Shown here in pieces: positions 10,886-19,205 of a DNA stretch of 64,000 bases. This DNA comes from an uncultured Gammaproteobacteria bacterium (GTDB lineage Bacteria; Patescibacteriota; Microgenomatia; UBA12405). The notes below the pieces were generated by a model. That model did no database searches, was not told where the DNA came from, and saw only the letters and a program-made list of their open reading frames with translations. The DNA is taken from the NCBI GenBank assembly GCA_964448705.1, contig CAYUZS010000003.1, forward strand, positions 73,384 through 137,383, read 5' to 3'. The first letter of the stretch is position 1; every line of letters starts with the position of its first letter. A program made the position numbers and the translations under genes.

Positions 10886-11561
10886 TTCCCGTTAATATTG
10901 AATTTAAATCTTCCGGTAAATCAGCCTTAAAATTCATTATTTCTCCGTCCTTTGGGTTGGCAATACTTAGTTCCGCCGCATGTAAAAAAGGTCTCTCCAA
11001 ACCGGCCGTCTTTTTACCGCCGTAAGTCACATCACCTGCCAAAGGCCAGCCTAAATAACTTAAATGGACTCTAATTTGATGAGTTCTGCCGGTTAACAAA
11101 TTAATTTTTACTAAAGTGAAAATCTTGCCTTCAATATTTATCTTTTTTATGGTTTCAAATTCTGTCACTGCCTTCTTTCCGTCTTCATGGACCTTAAATT
11201 TCCCAAATCCGTATTTTGATCTGTTAATTGGCATATCTATCCTGCCATTAACAGGCAAATCTCCGGATATTAAGGCAATATAATGTTTCTTAACCAGTCT
11301 TTGTTTAAATTGTTGTTTCAGAAAATCAAGCGCTTTTTTTTCTCTGGCTATCACCAGCAGACCTGATGTTCCCTTATCTAATCGATGAACTATCCCCTCC
11401 CGCATCAAACCATTTGGGTATTCCGCCGCCATCCAATCTTCCACACTGCCCACTCCTTTTTTTCGGTTTTCATTTGTCACCACCATTCCCGCCGGTTTAT
11501 CTATCACCAGCATCAGTTCATTTTTAAAAACTACTTTTATTTTTGTCGTATCTGCTGCCAT
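10878..11561 (-). CDS. RluA-family pseudouridine synthase (no S4 domain)
   Basis: HRLDKGTSGLLVIA catalytic Asp motif and GRTHQIRVHL. Start taken at MAADTTK. Confidence 0.8.
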   Translation of the reverse strand: MAADTTKIKVVFKNELMLVIDKPAGMVVTNENRKKGVGSVEDWMAAEYPNGLMREGIVHRLDKGTSGLLVIAREKKALDFLKQQFKQRLVKKHYIALISGDLPVNGRIDMPINRSKYGFGKFKVHEDGKKAVTEFETIKKINIEGKIFTLVKINLLTGRTHQIRVHLSYLGWPLAGDVTYGGKKTAGLERPFLHAAELSIANPKDGEIMNFKADLPEDLNSILTGND

Positions 11562-11821
11562 ATATATAAAATTACACCGGCAAAAATCAACCAATCATTA
11601 ATATTATTATAAATGTTAGTCATTGGTATTTTCCAATAATCAATCACATATCCCAATTGCCATCTTTGCCATAAATTAAGACCTCCGCCTAATACTATCA
11701 GTCCTACCCGCCAATTTTTACTTTTAATCAACCACCCCAGCGTTAAAAACCAGATCAATGTTGTCAATAAAAGCAGGCTTGGAATTTGCTGTCCAAAACT
11801 GACGCCAAAATTTTTGACCAT
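11537..11821 (-). CDS. lspA: short lipoprotein signal peptidase II-like membrane protein
   Basis: NFGVSFG, GGGLNLWQRW and NINDWLIFAGV resemble LspA motifs. Only 94 aa, N-terminally short. Confidence 0.5.
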   Translation of the reverse strand: MVKNFGVSFGQQIPSLLLLTTLIWFLTLGWLIKSKNWRVGLIVLGGGLNLWQRWQLGYVIDYWKIPMTNIYNNINDWLIFAGVILYIWQQIRQK

Positions 11822-11823
11822 TA

Positions 11824-12258
11824 CTATTTTTCCTGTTCTTTAGCACAATCGATACACAGAGTTGTTTCTGGACGGATCGTCAACCGGTCGGTATCAATCA
11901 TTTTTCCGCATTTCTCGCAAATTCCATACTTTCCCAATTTAATTCTGGTCATAGCTTTACGCAATTGAACCAGCTGTTTTTTAACAAAACTAACCTTCAC
12001 CTCAGTGTCAAATCTACCTACTTGTTCGTCGACATCCTCTTCAGGCGAATTATTTGAGGTTCTATTTTCATCCATAAAAGGATCACTCTTTTTAAAATTT
12101 CTTTCAGTTTTTTTCCATTTCACAATTTCTTTTTCTAAAAAAGTTTTGATTGGCACCAACAACCTCGCTGGTATCGTGATAGATTCAGAATTATTGTCCT
12201 TTTTTGTCACTGTTTCTCCTTTGGCCAAAGACCAACAAACTATTAAAAACCTCTCCAA
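11824..12258 (-). CDS. DksA/TraR-family C4 zinc-finger protein
   Basis: C-terminal CEKCGKMIDTDRLTIRPETTLCIDC. A GTG at 12210 preceded by GGAG may be the true start. Confidence 0.7.
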   Translation of the reverse strand: MERFLIVCWSLAKGETVTKKDNNSESITIPARLLVPIKTFLEKEIVKWKKTERNFKKSDPFMDENRTSNNSPEEDVDEQVGRFDTEVKVSFVKKQLVQLRKAMTRIKLGKYGICEKCGKMIDTDRLTIRPETTLCIDCAKEQEK

Positions 12259-12877
12259 GAATAAACAATCCTATCATAAAAAGCAAACTCAAAACTGAAA
12301 ATATACCGGCTATTATTTTTTCCTGGAAAAATACCGCCGCTACTGCTATCAGTAAACAGACAATCATATTCACAAAGAAAAACACAAAACCCTTCTTCCC
12401 GCTTTTATACCAGATCATCGACCGATATTTTTTAGCCACCAGCCTGGCAATCACGTATCCGATAATCACTATTGTCAAATAAATCAGATTTTGAAAAACA
12501 ATCCCTTTTTCCAAAATTTCTAAAGTCAGCATTATCGCCGACAATAAATATATCAGCCTGGTAATATCCTCAAAAAAAGACCATATTTTCCAATCATTTT
12601 TCCAACAATACCACCAGGTAGTCAGAAAAATTAAACCTAAACCTCCCCAATAATTAAAACCCGGTTTACTCCAAAACAACAGCCAATCAACCGGCTGGCC
12701 GTTCCATATTCCCCAATTAATTAAACCGTAAGTTACTCTTCCGCCCAAAACGAACATTAACCAGCTTAACCAGGAATAAGCCACCAACTTCTCATCCTGA
12801 TAGTTATCTCTTAAATTCCTCCAGGTAAGGTACAGAAACAGAATTACTACTATCAATTTCAGCAGTCCAAGAATCAT
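12191..12877 (-). CDS. integral membrane protein, weakly Lgt-like
   Basis: Multi-TM. VLGGRVTYGL...WGGLGLI resembles the Lgt N-terminal half. The GNF motif is absent. Sits next to lspA-like gene. Confidence 0.35.
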   Translation of the reverse strand: MILGLLKLIVVILFLYLTWRNLRDNYQDEKLVAYSWLSWLMFVLGGRVTYGLINWGIWNGQPVDWLLFWSKPGFNYWGGLGLIFLTTWWYCWKNDWKIWSFFEDITRLIYLLSAIMLTLEILEKGIVFQNLIYLTIVIIGYVIARLVAKKYRSMIWYKSGKKGFVFFFVNMIVCLLIAVAAVFFQEKIIAGIFSVLSLLFMIGLFILGEVFNSLLVFGQRRNSDKKGQ

Positions 12878-12919
12878 ACTCTATTTTACCTTATATTTTG
12901 ATATACTAATCGGGAGATT

Positions 12920-13003
12920 GCCGGAGTGGCGGAACTGGTAGACGCGCACGACTCAAAATCGTGTGGCAGCAATGTCATCGGGGTTCGATTCCCCGCCCCG
13001 GCA
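12920..13003 (+). tRNA. tRNA-Leu (anticodon CAA), long variable arm
   Basis: Manual cloverleaf: acceptor GCCGGAG/CCCCGGC (one A-C mismatch), anticodon arm CACGA-CTCAAAA-TCGTG, T arm CGGGG-TTCGATT-CCCCG. Confidence 0.85.
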
Positions 13004-13005
13004 CC

Positions 13006-14313
13006 TTAATTTTTCTTTTCCACATCAAAGAAACTCACTTGTTTACCGTTAAAGTAGAGATTAAACTGTCCTGTCGGACCGTTACGGTGCTTTTCAATAG
13101 AACAGGTTACCACCTCTCTCACTTCCTCATCCTCCCGGTGTAAAAACATCACCACGTCGGCGTCTTGTTCAATGCTTCCTGATTCTCTTAAGTCCGATAA
13201 TTTAGGTTTTCCTCCCCTGCTCTCCATTTGTCTGTTCAGCTGTGCCATGGCCATCACCGGAATCTTTAATTCTCTGGCTAAATTTTTCAGACCTTGTGAA
13301 ATTTCGCTCACTTCCTGAACCCGATTGTCTCGAGACGTACCGTGCATTAACTGTAGATAGTCGACTATTACAAATTTTATGCCTTTGTCTACCTGTAATC
13401 TTCTGGCTTTTGTTCTCAGTTCAGTTACTGTTAATCCTGGAGTATCATCTATATATAGTGGTGCCTCTGCTAATATCCCCATAGCTTCGGAATAAGAATC
13501 AAAGTCAACTTCCGATAACTGGCCTGTTTTTAATTTCCAGGCGTCTATCAACCCTTGTCTCACTAATAATCTGTCAGCCAACTCTTCACGGCTCATTTCC
13601 AGGGAAAAAATACATGTCGGAATTTTCTTTTCCACTGAAACATATCTGGCAATGTTTAGACCAAAAGCTGTTTTTCCTACACCCGGTCTGGCGGCTAACA
13701 CGATCAAATTACTATCCTGCATCCCCGCCAGCATAGTATCCAATTGTATAAATCCTGTCGGAATTCCTCTTAATCCGCTGCCCATTTTTTGCAGTTCATC
13801 CAGCCTGTCAAAACTGGCAGTCAACACTTCTTTTAGAGATGTCGGGATCGATTTCAAATGTTTTTGGCTTAGGGAAAATATTTCCTGTTCGGCGTAATCC
13901 AACAATTCCATCGAAGGAATGCTTTCATCAAAAGACCTTTCCGAAATTCTTCCCGCTGCTGAAATTAATTCTCGCTTGGCAGACAAAGATTTGATAATTT
14001 TTCCGTAACTTTCGACATTAGCACTGGTCGGCACTTCGTTGGCCAAACGGCTTAAAAAAGCCTTTCCGCCTATCTTCTTGAGATATTTCATCTCCTTCAA
14101 CTTTTCTGAAACGGTCACAATATCAATCGGAGTCCTGTCCTCATACAGTTTCAACATCGCTTCATACACTTTCGCATTGTTCAGATCATAAAAATGTTCC
14201 GCTCTCAGAAATTCTGACACCGCCAATATTGCGTCATTATCAATCAATATTGATCCCAACACACAAACTTCCGTCTCGACTGAACTTGGTGGCAGCTTAA
14301 TAATATCCGCCAT
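13006..14313 (-). CDS. dnaB: replicative DNA helicase DnaB
   Basis: 435 aa with Walker A ARPGVGKTAF, Walker B FVIVDYLQLM and SGSIEQDADVV. Confidence 0.95.
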   Translation of the reverse strand: MADIIKLPPSSVETEVCVLGSILIDNDAILAVSEFLRAEHFYDLNNAKVYEAMLKLYEDRTPIDIVTVSEKLKEMKYLKKIGGKAFLSRLANEVPTSANVESYGKIIKSLSAKRELISAAGRISERSFDESIPSMELLDYAEQEIFSLSQKHLKSIPTSLKEVLTASFDRLDELQKMGSGLRGIPTGFIQLDTMLAGMQDSNLIVLAARPGVGKTAFGLNIARYVSVEKKIPTCIFSLEMSREELADRLLVRQGLIDAWKLKTGQLSEVDFDSYSEAMGILAEAPLYIDDTPGLTVTELRTKARRLQVDKGIKFVIVDYLQLMHGTSRDNRVQEVSEISQGLKNLARELKIPVMAMAQLNRQMESRGGKPKLSDLRESGSIEQDADVVMFLHREDEEVREVVTCSIEKHRNGPTGQFNLYFNGKQVSFFDVEKKN

Positions 14314-14318
14314 ATTTT

Positions 14319-14894
14319 TTATTTACTTTCTTTTAAAATGACTACTTCCGTACCGTCCGGCAGGTTGTCTTTATCAATTTTTAAAGATTCAGCCGGTTCC
14401 AGTCCTTCTACGTCAGTTTCATCCATAAACTTTTTAATCGCCTCATCTCCCGGTTCATATCCAACCGGCACCACGTAGTTTGCCCCCCATTTTTTGGCCA
14501 AAGTCATAATCGATTTTGATCCCCCATTGGAAATATTAGCCATTAATACATCAACTCCTGATATTTTTTCCGCCCTCTTGTCGCTTAAAGCTTCTTGTAA
14601 TTTACCTAAAATACCGATAATTACTCCGTCGGCCACCACTGAATAAAAGGTTTCTTTTTTACCGCCGCTGAATCCGTAAATTTCTACTCCCCCGATTTCA
14701 TATTCCCCCGGACCCATCACTATTACTTTTTGGTTTTCTTTATCGTCGACTTCGATTTTTGCTTCGTTTCTGACAATAATTCTCGAATTGTTTTTATTGA
14801 TCATTTCCTCATCGGGATTAACCAAAACTGTTTCTTTTTTTCCTTTTATCAGAAAGGCATTTTTACCTAAAAACTTTATTTCCATATGACCCAT
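14319..14894 (-). CDS. hypothetical protein, possibly a degenerate MBL-fold protein
   Basis: 191 aa. N-terminus IKFLGKNAFLIKGKKETVLVNPD resembles MBL-fold hydrolases, but the His motif is not evident. Confidence 0.35.
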   Translation of the reverse strand: MGHMEIKFLGKNAFLIKGKKETVLVNPDEEMINKNNSRIIVRNEAKIEVDDKENQKVIVMGPGEYEIGGVEIYGFSGGKKETFYSVVADGVIIGILGKLQEALSDKRAEKISGVDVLMANISNGGSKSIMTLAKKWGANYVVPVGYEPGDEAIKKFMDETDVEGLEPAESLKIDKDNLPDGTEVVILKESK

Positions 14895-14940
14895 TTTATC
14901 ATCTCTACTTGATTACTTGTGGTATCATCTAAACTAACCC

Positions 14941-15408
14941 ATGATAAAAGAATTATTGATTGCCATTACTCTCGGCGCTCTCTTGGGATTCGGAGTTACC
15001 GGCGGTATTGTTGCTCTCCGTAAAAACCAGACTACCACACCCGTCACTGCTACCGATATTTCTCCTACTCCAACTATCACCGATACTTCCGTAAATACTG
15101 ATTCTACTTCAGATTCGGATGAAAATTTAAATACCAATAGCCATCAGATTACTATCGAATCCCCTGCCGACGAATCTGTCACCGGCAATTCTCAGGTCAC
15201 TATCAAAGGTTCAACCACTCCTCAAAGCCATTTAGTTATCAGTACTCCCATAAAAACTTATTTTGTTATCGCCGATAATGCCGGCAATTTTAATACCGAT
15301 ATCGAAATCGATTCCGGTGTTAATCAGATACAAATTGACTCTGTTGATCCCCAGGACAATCAAGCTACTAAACAAATAATCATTACTTATTCCACCGCAA
15401 AATTTTAA
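14941..15408 (+). CDS. membrane-anchored secreted protein with Thr/Pro/Ser linker
   Basis: N-terminal TM helix, TPT-rich linker and beta-rich C-terminus. Confidence 0.4.
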   Translation: MIKELLIAITLGALLGFGVTGGIVALRKNQTTTPVTATDISPTPTITDTSVNTDSTSDSDENLNTNSHQITIESPADESVTGNSQVTIKGSTTPQSHLVISTPIKTYFVIADNAGNFNTDIEIDSGVNQIQIDSVDPQDNQATKQIIITYSTAKF

Positions 15409-15409
15409 A

Positions 15410-16102
15410 ATGAATCCCTTATTTCTTCTTGCCCTGGCAGCTACCATCACCCCCACTCCGACTATTGTTTCCACTCCTACTTCAACCGACATTCAAAAAA
15501 TTCGGGAAGTTGTTCAGCAAAAAGTCCAGGAAAAACTGAAAGAAATCACCACCAGCACCACCACTAAAAAAGGTATCATCGGCCAAATAATTCAAATCGA
15601 CCCCAACCAAATTACCATTGAATACCAAGGGAAAACCCGGGTACTCTCCATCGACAGCACTACCGTCTATGTTGATACCAATAGAAATAAAACCACTCTC
15701 GAAAAAATAAAAATCGGTCAGGGAATTTTGGCTATGGGAACAGAAGAATCGGAAACTAATAAATTTCAGGCCACCAGAATTGTTTTTACTGATCTAAAAA
15801 CAATTGTTGTCACCAATACAATTGCTGTCGGAAAAATTGTTGACATTTCCAAGACCACATCAGTTTTTTCCTTAATACCCAGTAAAAACAAGAATACTCA
15901 ATATCAGATTAAAACCGATTCCAAAACTAAAATTTACGGACCGGATAACACCGAAATCAATCTCAAATCCATGCAGTCCGGCCATCGGATAATTGTTATT
16001 TTAACCCCCGATCCAAAAATAACTAACACCTATTACGCTTCTAAGATCTTAAATCTGGACTATTCTCCGGCGGTTTCCCCTACCCCCACTCCCAAACCTT
16101 AA
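15410..16102 (+). CDS. secreted protein, function unknown
   Basis: Hydrophobic N-terminus and TPTPT linkers at both ends. Starts 2 nt after the upstream gene. Confidence 0.4.
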   Translation: MNPLFLLALAATITPTPTIVSTPTSTDIQKIREVVQQKVQEKLKEITTSTTTKKGIIGQIIQIDPNQITIEYQGKTRVLSIDSTTVYVDTNRNKTTLEKIKIGQGILAMGTEESETNKFQATRIVFTDLKTIVVTNTIAVGKIVDISKTTSVFSLIPSKNKNTQYQIKTDSKTKIYGPDNTEINLKSMQSGHRIIVILTPDPKITNTYYASKILNLDYSPAVSPTPTPKP

Positions 16103-16105
16103 TTG

Positions 16106-16133
16106 TTGACTTAAGTCCCATAATTGTTAAAAT
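16106..16133 (+). promoter_or_regulatory. sigma70-like promoter TTGACT-16nt-TGtTAAAAT
   Basis: -35 at 16106-16111 and extended -10 at 16125-16133. The ATG of the leader ORF follows 7 nt later. Confidence 0.35.
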
Positions 16134-16140
16134 ATCCTTG

Positions 16141-16182
16141 ATGATCAATCTAGGCAAAATAAACCATCATCACGTCAACTAA
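16141..16182 (+). CDS. candidate histidine leader peptide MINLGKINHHHVN
   Basis: 13 codons with CAT CAT CAC at 16165-16173, directly upstream of an attenuator and tRNA-His/hisS. Confidence 0.45.
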   Translation: MINLGKINHHHVN

Positions 16183-16186
16183 TCGT

Positions 16187-16229
16187 TGGCGGAATTTTGC
16201 TTGCCGATCCGCCATTCAGGCGGATTTTT
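16187..16229 (+). promoter_or_regulatory. three-segment transcription attenuator (antiterminator versus terminator)
   Basis: Segment 2, ATCCGCC (16207-16213), can pair with segment 1, TGGCGGA (16187-16193), or with segment 3, GGCGGAT (16219-16225). Segment 3 is followed by TTTT. Confidence 0.45.
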
Positions 16230-16257
16230 AGTATTATTAGGTCATCTTTAACAATCT

Positions 16258-16335
16258 GGTGGGATTAGCTCAATTGGTTAGAGCATCTGCCTGTGGAGCA
16301 GAAGGTTGCCGGTCCAAGTCCGGTATCTCACCCCA
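16258..16335 (+). tRNA. tRNA-His (anticodon GTG) with G-1 and encoded CCA
   Basis: Manual fold: G-1, acceptor GTGGGAT/ATCTCAC, anticodon arm TCTGC-CTGTGGA-GCAGA, T arm GCCGG-TCCAAGT-CCGGT (non-canonical T loop). Confidence 0.85.
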
Positions 16336-16426
16336 TGAAATTATTCATTCTACAATTCGTCCATCATTTACATACCGTGGCTGCCAAACCGGCGGGGTGT
16401 TGACGCAGCGTTTATCTTAATAATTT

Positions 16427-16452
16427 AAATCCCCGTAAACCGGGGATTTTTT
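16427..16452 (+). terminator. rho-independent terminator
   Basis: 9-bp stem AAATCCCCG/CGGGGATTT with loop TAAAC, followed by a T run. Confidence 0.6.
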
Positions 16453-16478
16453 ATATCTAAATTATCAATTTATCTTCA

Positions 16479-17738
16479 ATGTTAAAATCAACTATGATTC
16501 AAAATAAACCTCAAACCCTCAAAGGTTTCCGTGATTTTTTACCTTCAGAAATGAGGGTTCGTAACTATGTCAAAAATTTACTTATCGGAGTTTTTGAAAA
16601 CTATGGTTTTGAACCTTTGGAAACCCCTGCTCTCGAATACACTTCGGTTCTTAAAGGTAAATATAGTTCAGAAACCGACGATAAACTCGGATACTTCTTT
16701 AAGGACAACGGTGATAGAGAGATTGGTCTGAGATACGATCTCACTGTTCCTGTTTCAAAAGTTTTAGCAATTTACAGCAACCAAATTCCCTTACCCTTCA
16801 AAAGGTATCAAGTCCAGTCTGTCTGGAGAGCCGACAATACTCAAAGAGGTCGATACCGCGAGTTTATCCAGTGTGATATAGATACTTTTGGTTCCACCTC
16901 CCCTCTCTCTGATGCCGAAATAATTTCTATTATTTACACCGCCACTCAAAAACTGAACTTTCAAAAGTTTACTATTCGCCTCAACAGCCGTTCTGTTTTA
17001 ATGGCCGTCCTTGCTAAAAGCGGCCTGGATGGTCAACAAAAAACAGTACTTCAAAGTCTCGATAAGTTCGACAAAATAGGTGAAAAAGGAGTAAAAGATG
17101 AACTCATATCAAAAGGCCTCACCGACCCCCAAATCACCTCTCTTTTCAAATATATCAAACTCGCACAGCCGGACGATAATCTTCAGCAGGTTTTTGCTGC
17201 TTTAAAAGCTTTCAATGTCCCGGAAAGTTTTTATTTATTCGATCCGACTTTGGTTCGCGGCCCCGACTATTACACCGGTACTATTTTTGAAACCTCTGTC
17301 ACCGAACCCCAAATCGGCGCCATCGGCGGCGGCGGTCGTTATGATAATTTAATTGAAAACTTAGGAGGGCCGAATATTCCCGCCGTCGGTTACAGTTTTG
17401 GATTCGAAAGAATTATTGATTGTGTCAACGAATTAAATCTTTTACCCGATTTACCAAAAACCGTCACCAAAGTTTTAGTTGCTAATTTTAGTCAGGAAAC
17501 TTTACCTGATTCTATGGCTTTAATTTCTCAGCTTCAATCCGCCGATATCCCCTCTTACATCTATCCGGATACCGACAAATTGGGAAAACAATTTAAGTAT
17601 GCCAGTGACAAAAACATTCCGTATGTTGCCGTCATTGGTCCGGATGAGGCTAAAAATAATCAGATCACTGTCAAAGATATGTCTACGGGTACCCAGAAAA
17701 CAGTTACCCGGGATGAAATCGTCAATTATCTGCTATAA
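16479..17738 (+). CDS. hisS: histidyl-tRNA synthetase
   Basis: 419 aa class II aaRS with LKGFRDFLP, RYDLTVP, YREFIQCDID and GGGRYDNL. Confidence 0.95.
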   Translation: MLKSTMIQNKPQTLKGFRDFLPSEMRVRNYVKNLLIGVFENYGFEPLETPALEYTSVLKGKYSSETDDKLGYFFKDNGDREIGLRYDLTVPVSKVLAIYSNQIPLPFKRYQVQSVWRADNTQRGRYREFIQCDIDTFGSTSPLSDAEIISIIYTATQKLNFQKFTIRLNSRSVLMAVLAKSGLDGQQKTVLQSLDKFDKIGEKGVKDELISKGLTDPQITSLFKYIKLAQPDDNLQQVFAALKAFNVPESFYLFDPTLVRGPDYYTGTIFETSVTEPQIGAIGGGGRYDNLIENLGGPNIPAVGYSFGFERIIDCVNELNLLPDLPKTVTKVLVANFSQETLPDSMALISQLQSADIPSYIYPDTDKLGKQFKYASDKNIPYVAVIGPDEAKNNQITVKDMSTGTQKTVTRDEIVNYLL

Positions 17739-17747
17739 TACTAACCT

Positions 17748-18017
17748 ATGAAGTCAGCAATCCATCCTACCTATCACGATGACTGTTTGGTCACCTGTGC
17801 CTGTGGTAATAAATTTACCACCGGTTCGACTCTCGAAAAAATAGAAGTCGAAGTCTGCAGTAAATGTCATCCCTTTTTCACGGGCCAACACAAGTTTGTC
17901 GACATTAAAGGTCGTATCGATAAATTTAAAGAAAAACAAGCTCAAGGAGTTGCTTACGCTGCCAAAAAAGCAGCTGTCAAAAACGGAAAAAGTAAGGCCG
18001 ACCAAAAATCAAATTAG
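17748..18017 (+). CDS. rpmE: ribosomal protein L31
   Basis: MKSAIHPTY...CACGNKF...[10 protein letters not shown]. Confidence 0.9.
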   Translation: MKSAIHPTYHDDCLVTCACGNKFTTGSTLEKIEVEVCSKCHPFFTGQHKFVDIKGRIDKFKEKQAQGVAYAAKKAAVKNGKSKADQKSN

Positions 18018-18024
18018 ATTTTTT

Positions 18025-18067
18025 AAAACCGCCATCAATTATTTGCTATAATTATGGCGGTTTTTTA
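18025..18067 (+). terminator. rho-independent terminator
   Basis: 11-bp stem AAAACCGCCAT/ATGGCGGTTTT followed by a T run. Confidence 0.6.
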
Positions 18068-18099
18068 TTTTAATCAAATATAAATTTAGACAAAAATAA

Positions 18100-18822
18100 G
18101 TGCCTACAGTTAATCCCAACATTGCTATTCTCGAGTTTCGACCTGGTCCCGGCGGTCAGGAGGCCTATCTATGGCTCAATGACCTCATGAACATGTATGT
18201 CCGTTATGCAAATAAGGTCGGCTGGAAAGTACAGCAGATCGACGACAGCATCATTCAAATTAGCGGTTACGATGTTTACCATCAGTTAAAATGGGAAACC
18301 GGCACTCATCGGGTTCAACGTATTCCTCTCACCGAAAAACACGGCCGCATTCAGACATCCACTGCTGCCATTGTTGTTTTACCTCAAATCACCTCTCATG
18401 AAATCAATATCAATCCTGATGATATTGAAATTACTGCTTCCCGTGCCGGCGGCAACGGCGGTCAAAATGTTAATAAAGTTTCGACTGCCATCAGATTAAC
18501 TCACAAACCCACCGGACTCACCTTTTCCGTCCGCCAGGAACGTTCCCAACAGCAAAATCGTGAAATTGCCATGGATCTTCTTCGTTCTAAATTATGGGAA
18601 ATAGAAGAAGCTAAACGTACCACCCAAATCGGTTCAGCCAGAAACCTTATAGGTCAGGCAGATCGTGCCGATAAAATTCGCACCTACAATTATTCCCGAA
18701 ACCAGGTTAAAGATCATCGAATTAATAAAGATTTTAATTTATCCAAAGTTATGGCCGGCGATCTCGAAGATATGTTGCTGGAATTAACTGTTCTCGACCA
18801 ACCCGAAGAAAAAAGTCTCTAA
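18100..18822 (+). CDS. prfA: peptide chain release factor, RF1-like, lacking N-terminal domain 1
   Basis: 240 aa with GTG start and an in-frame TAA at 18097-18099. GGQ motif [14 protein letters not shown]1-type tripeptide region [17 protein letters not shown]. Confidence 0.75.
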   Translation: MPTVNPNIAILEFRPGPGGQEAYLWLNDLMNMYVRYANKVGWKVQQIDDSIIQISGYDVYHQLKWETGTHRVQRIPLTEKHGRIQTSTAAIVVLPQITSHEININPDDIEITASRAGGNGGQNVNKVSTAIRLTHKPTGLTFSVRQERSQQQNREIAMDLLRSKLWEIEEAKRTTQIGSARNLIGQADRADKIRTYNYSRNQVKDHRINKDFNLSKVMAGDLEDMLLELTVLDQPEEKSL

Positions 18823-18865
18823 CCCGCTTTACAGACCTATAGTTTTGTAATATACTACACACTGT

Positions 18866-19189
18866 ATGGCATCACATAGTATTGAAAGAACAATTATAGA
18901 ATGCACCTTTGAAGGTGAACTTCACAAGTTTCGGCCTCCGGAAAATAAGACCTACTTTTGTCCGGAAGGTCACAGAACCAAGAGAAGTCCTTCCTTAGCC
19001 AGATTTGTTCCCGATCAAGAATATTATTTTGTCTACGATAAAGGAATTTTTACCGTCCAGATTGATGAAACACATTACATTACAACAGAAGTAGAAAATG
19101 TCGCTGTCTGCAGTGATTGTCAACTGCCGATATTTGATGAACAGTATCAACAAGCCTTGGGAATCAAAGTTCGAAAATCATCCAAGTAA
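18866..19189 (+). CDS. hypothetical protein
   Basis: 107-aa ORF with scattered Cys pairs and no recognisable family. Confidence 0.3.
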   Translation: MASHSIERTIIECTFEGELHKFRPPENKTYFCPEGHRTKRSPSLARFVPDQEYYFVYDKGIFTVQIDETHYITTEVENVAVCSDCQLPIFDEQYQQALGIKVRKSSK

Positions 19190-19205
19190 AATTGATTTTT
19201 CTAGA

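Noticed and set aside
16336-16478. T-box riboswitch upstream of hisS
   Set aside because: No specifier-loop or T-box (AAnnnGGGUGGUACCGCG-like) sequence is present. The spacer holds only a terminator hairpin and AT-rich sequence.
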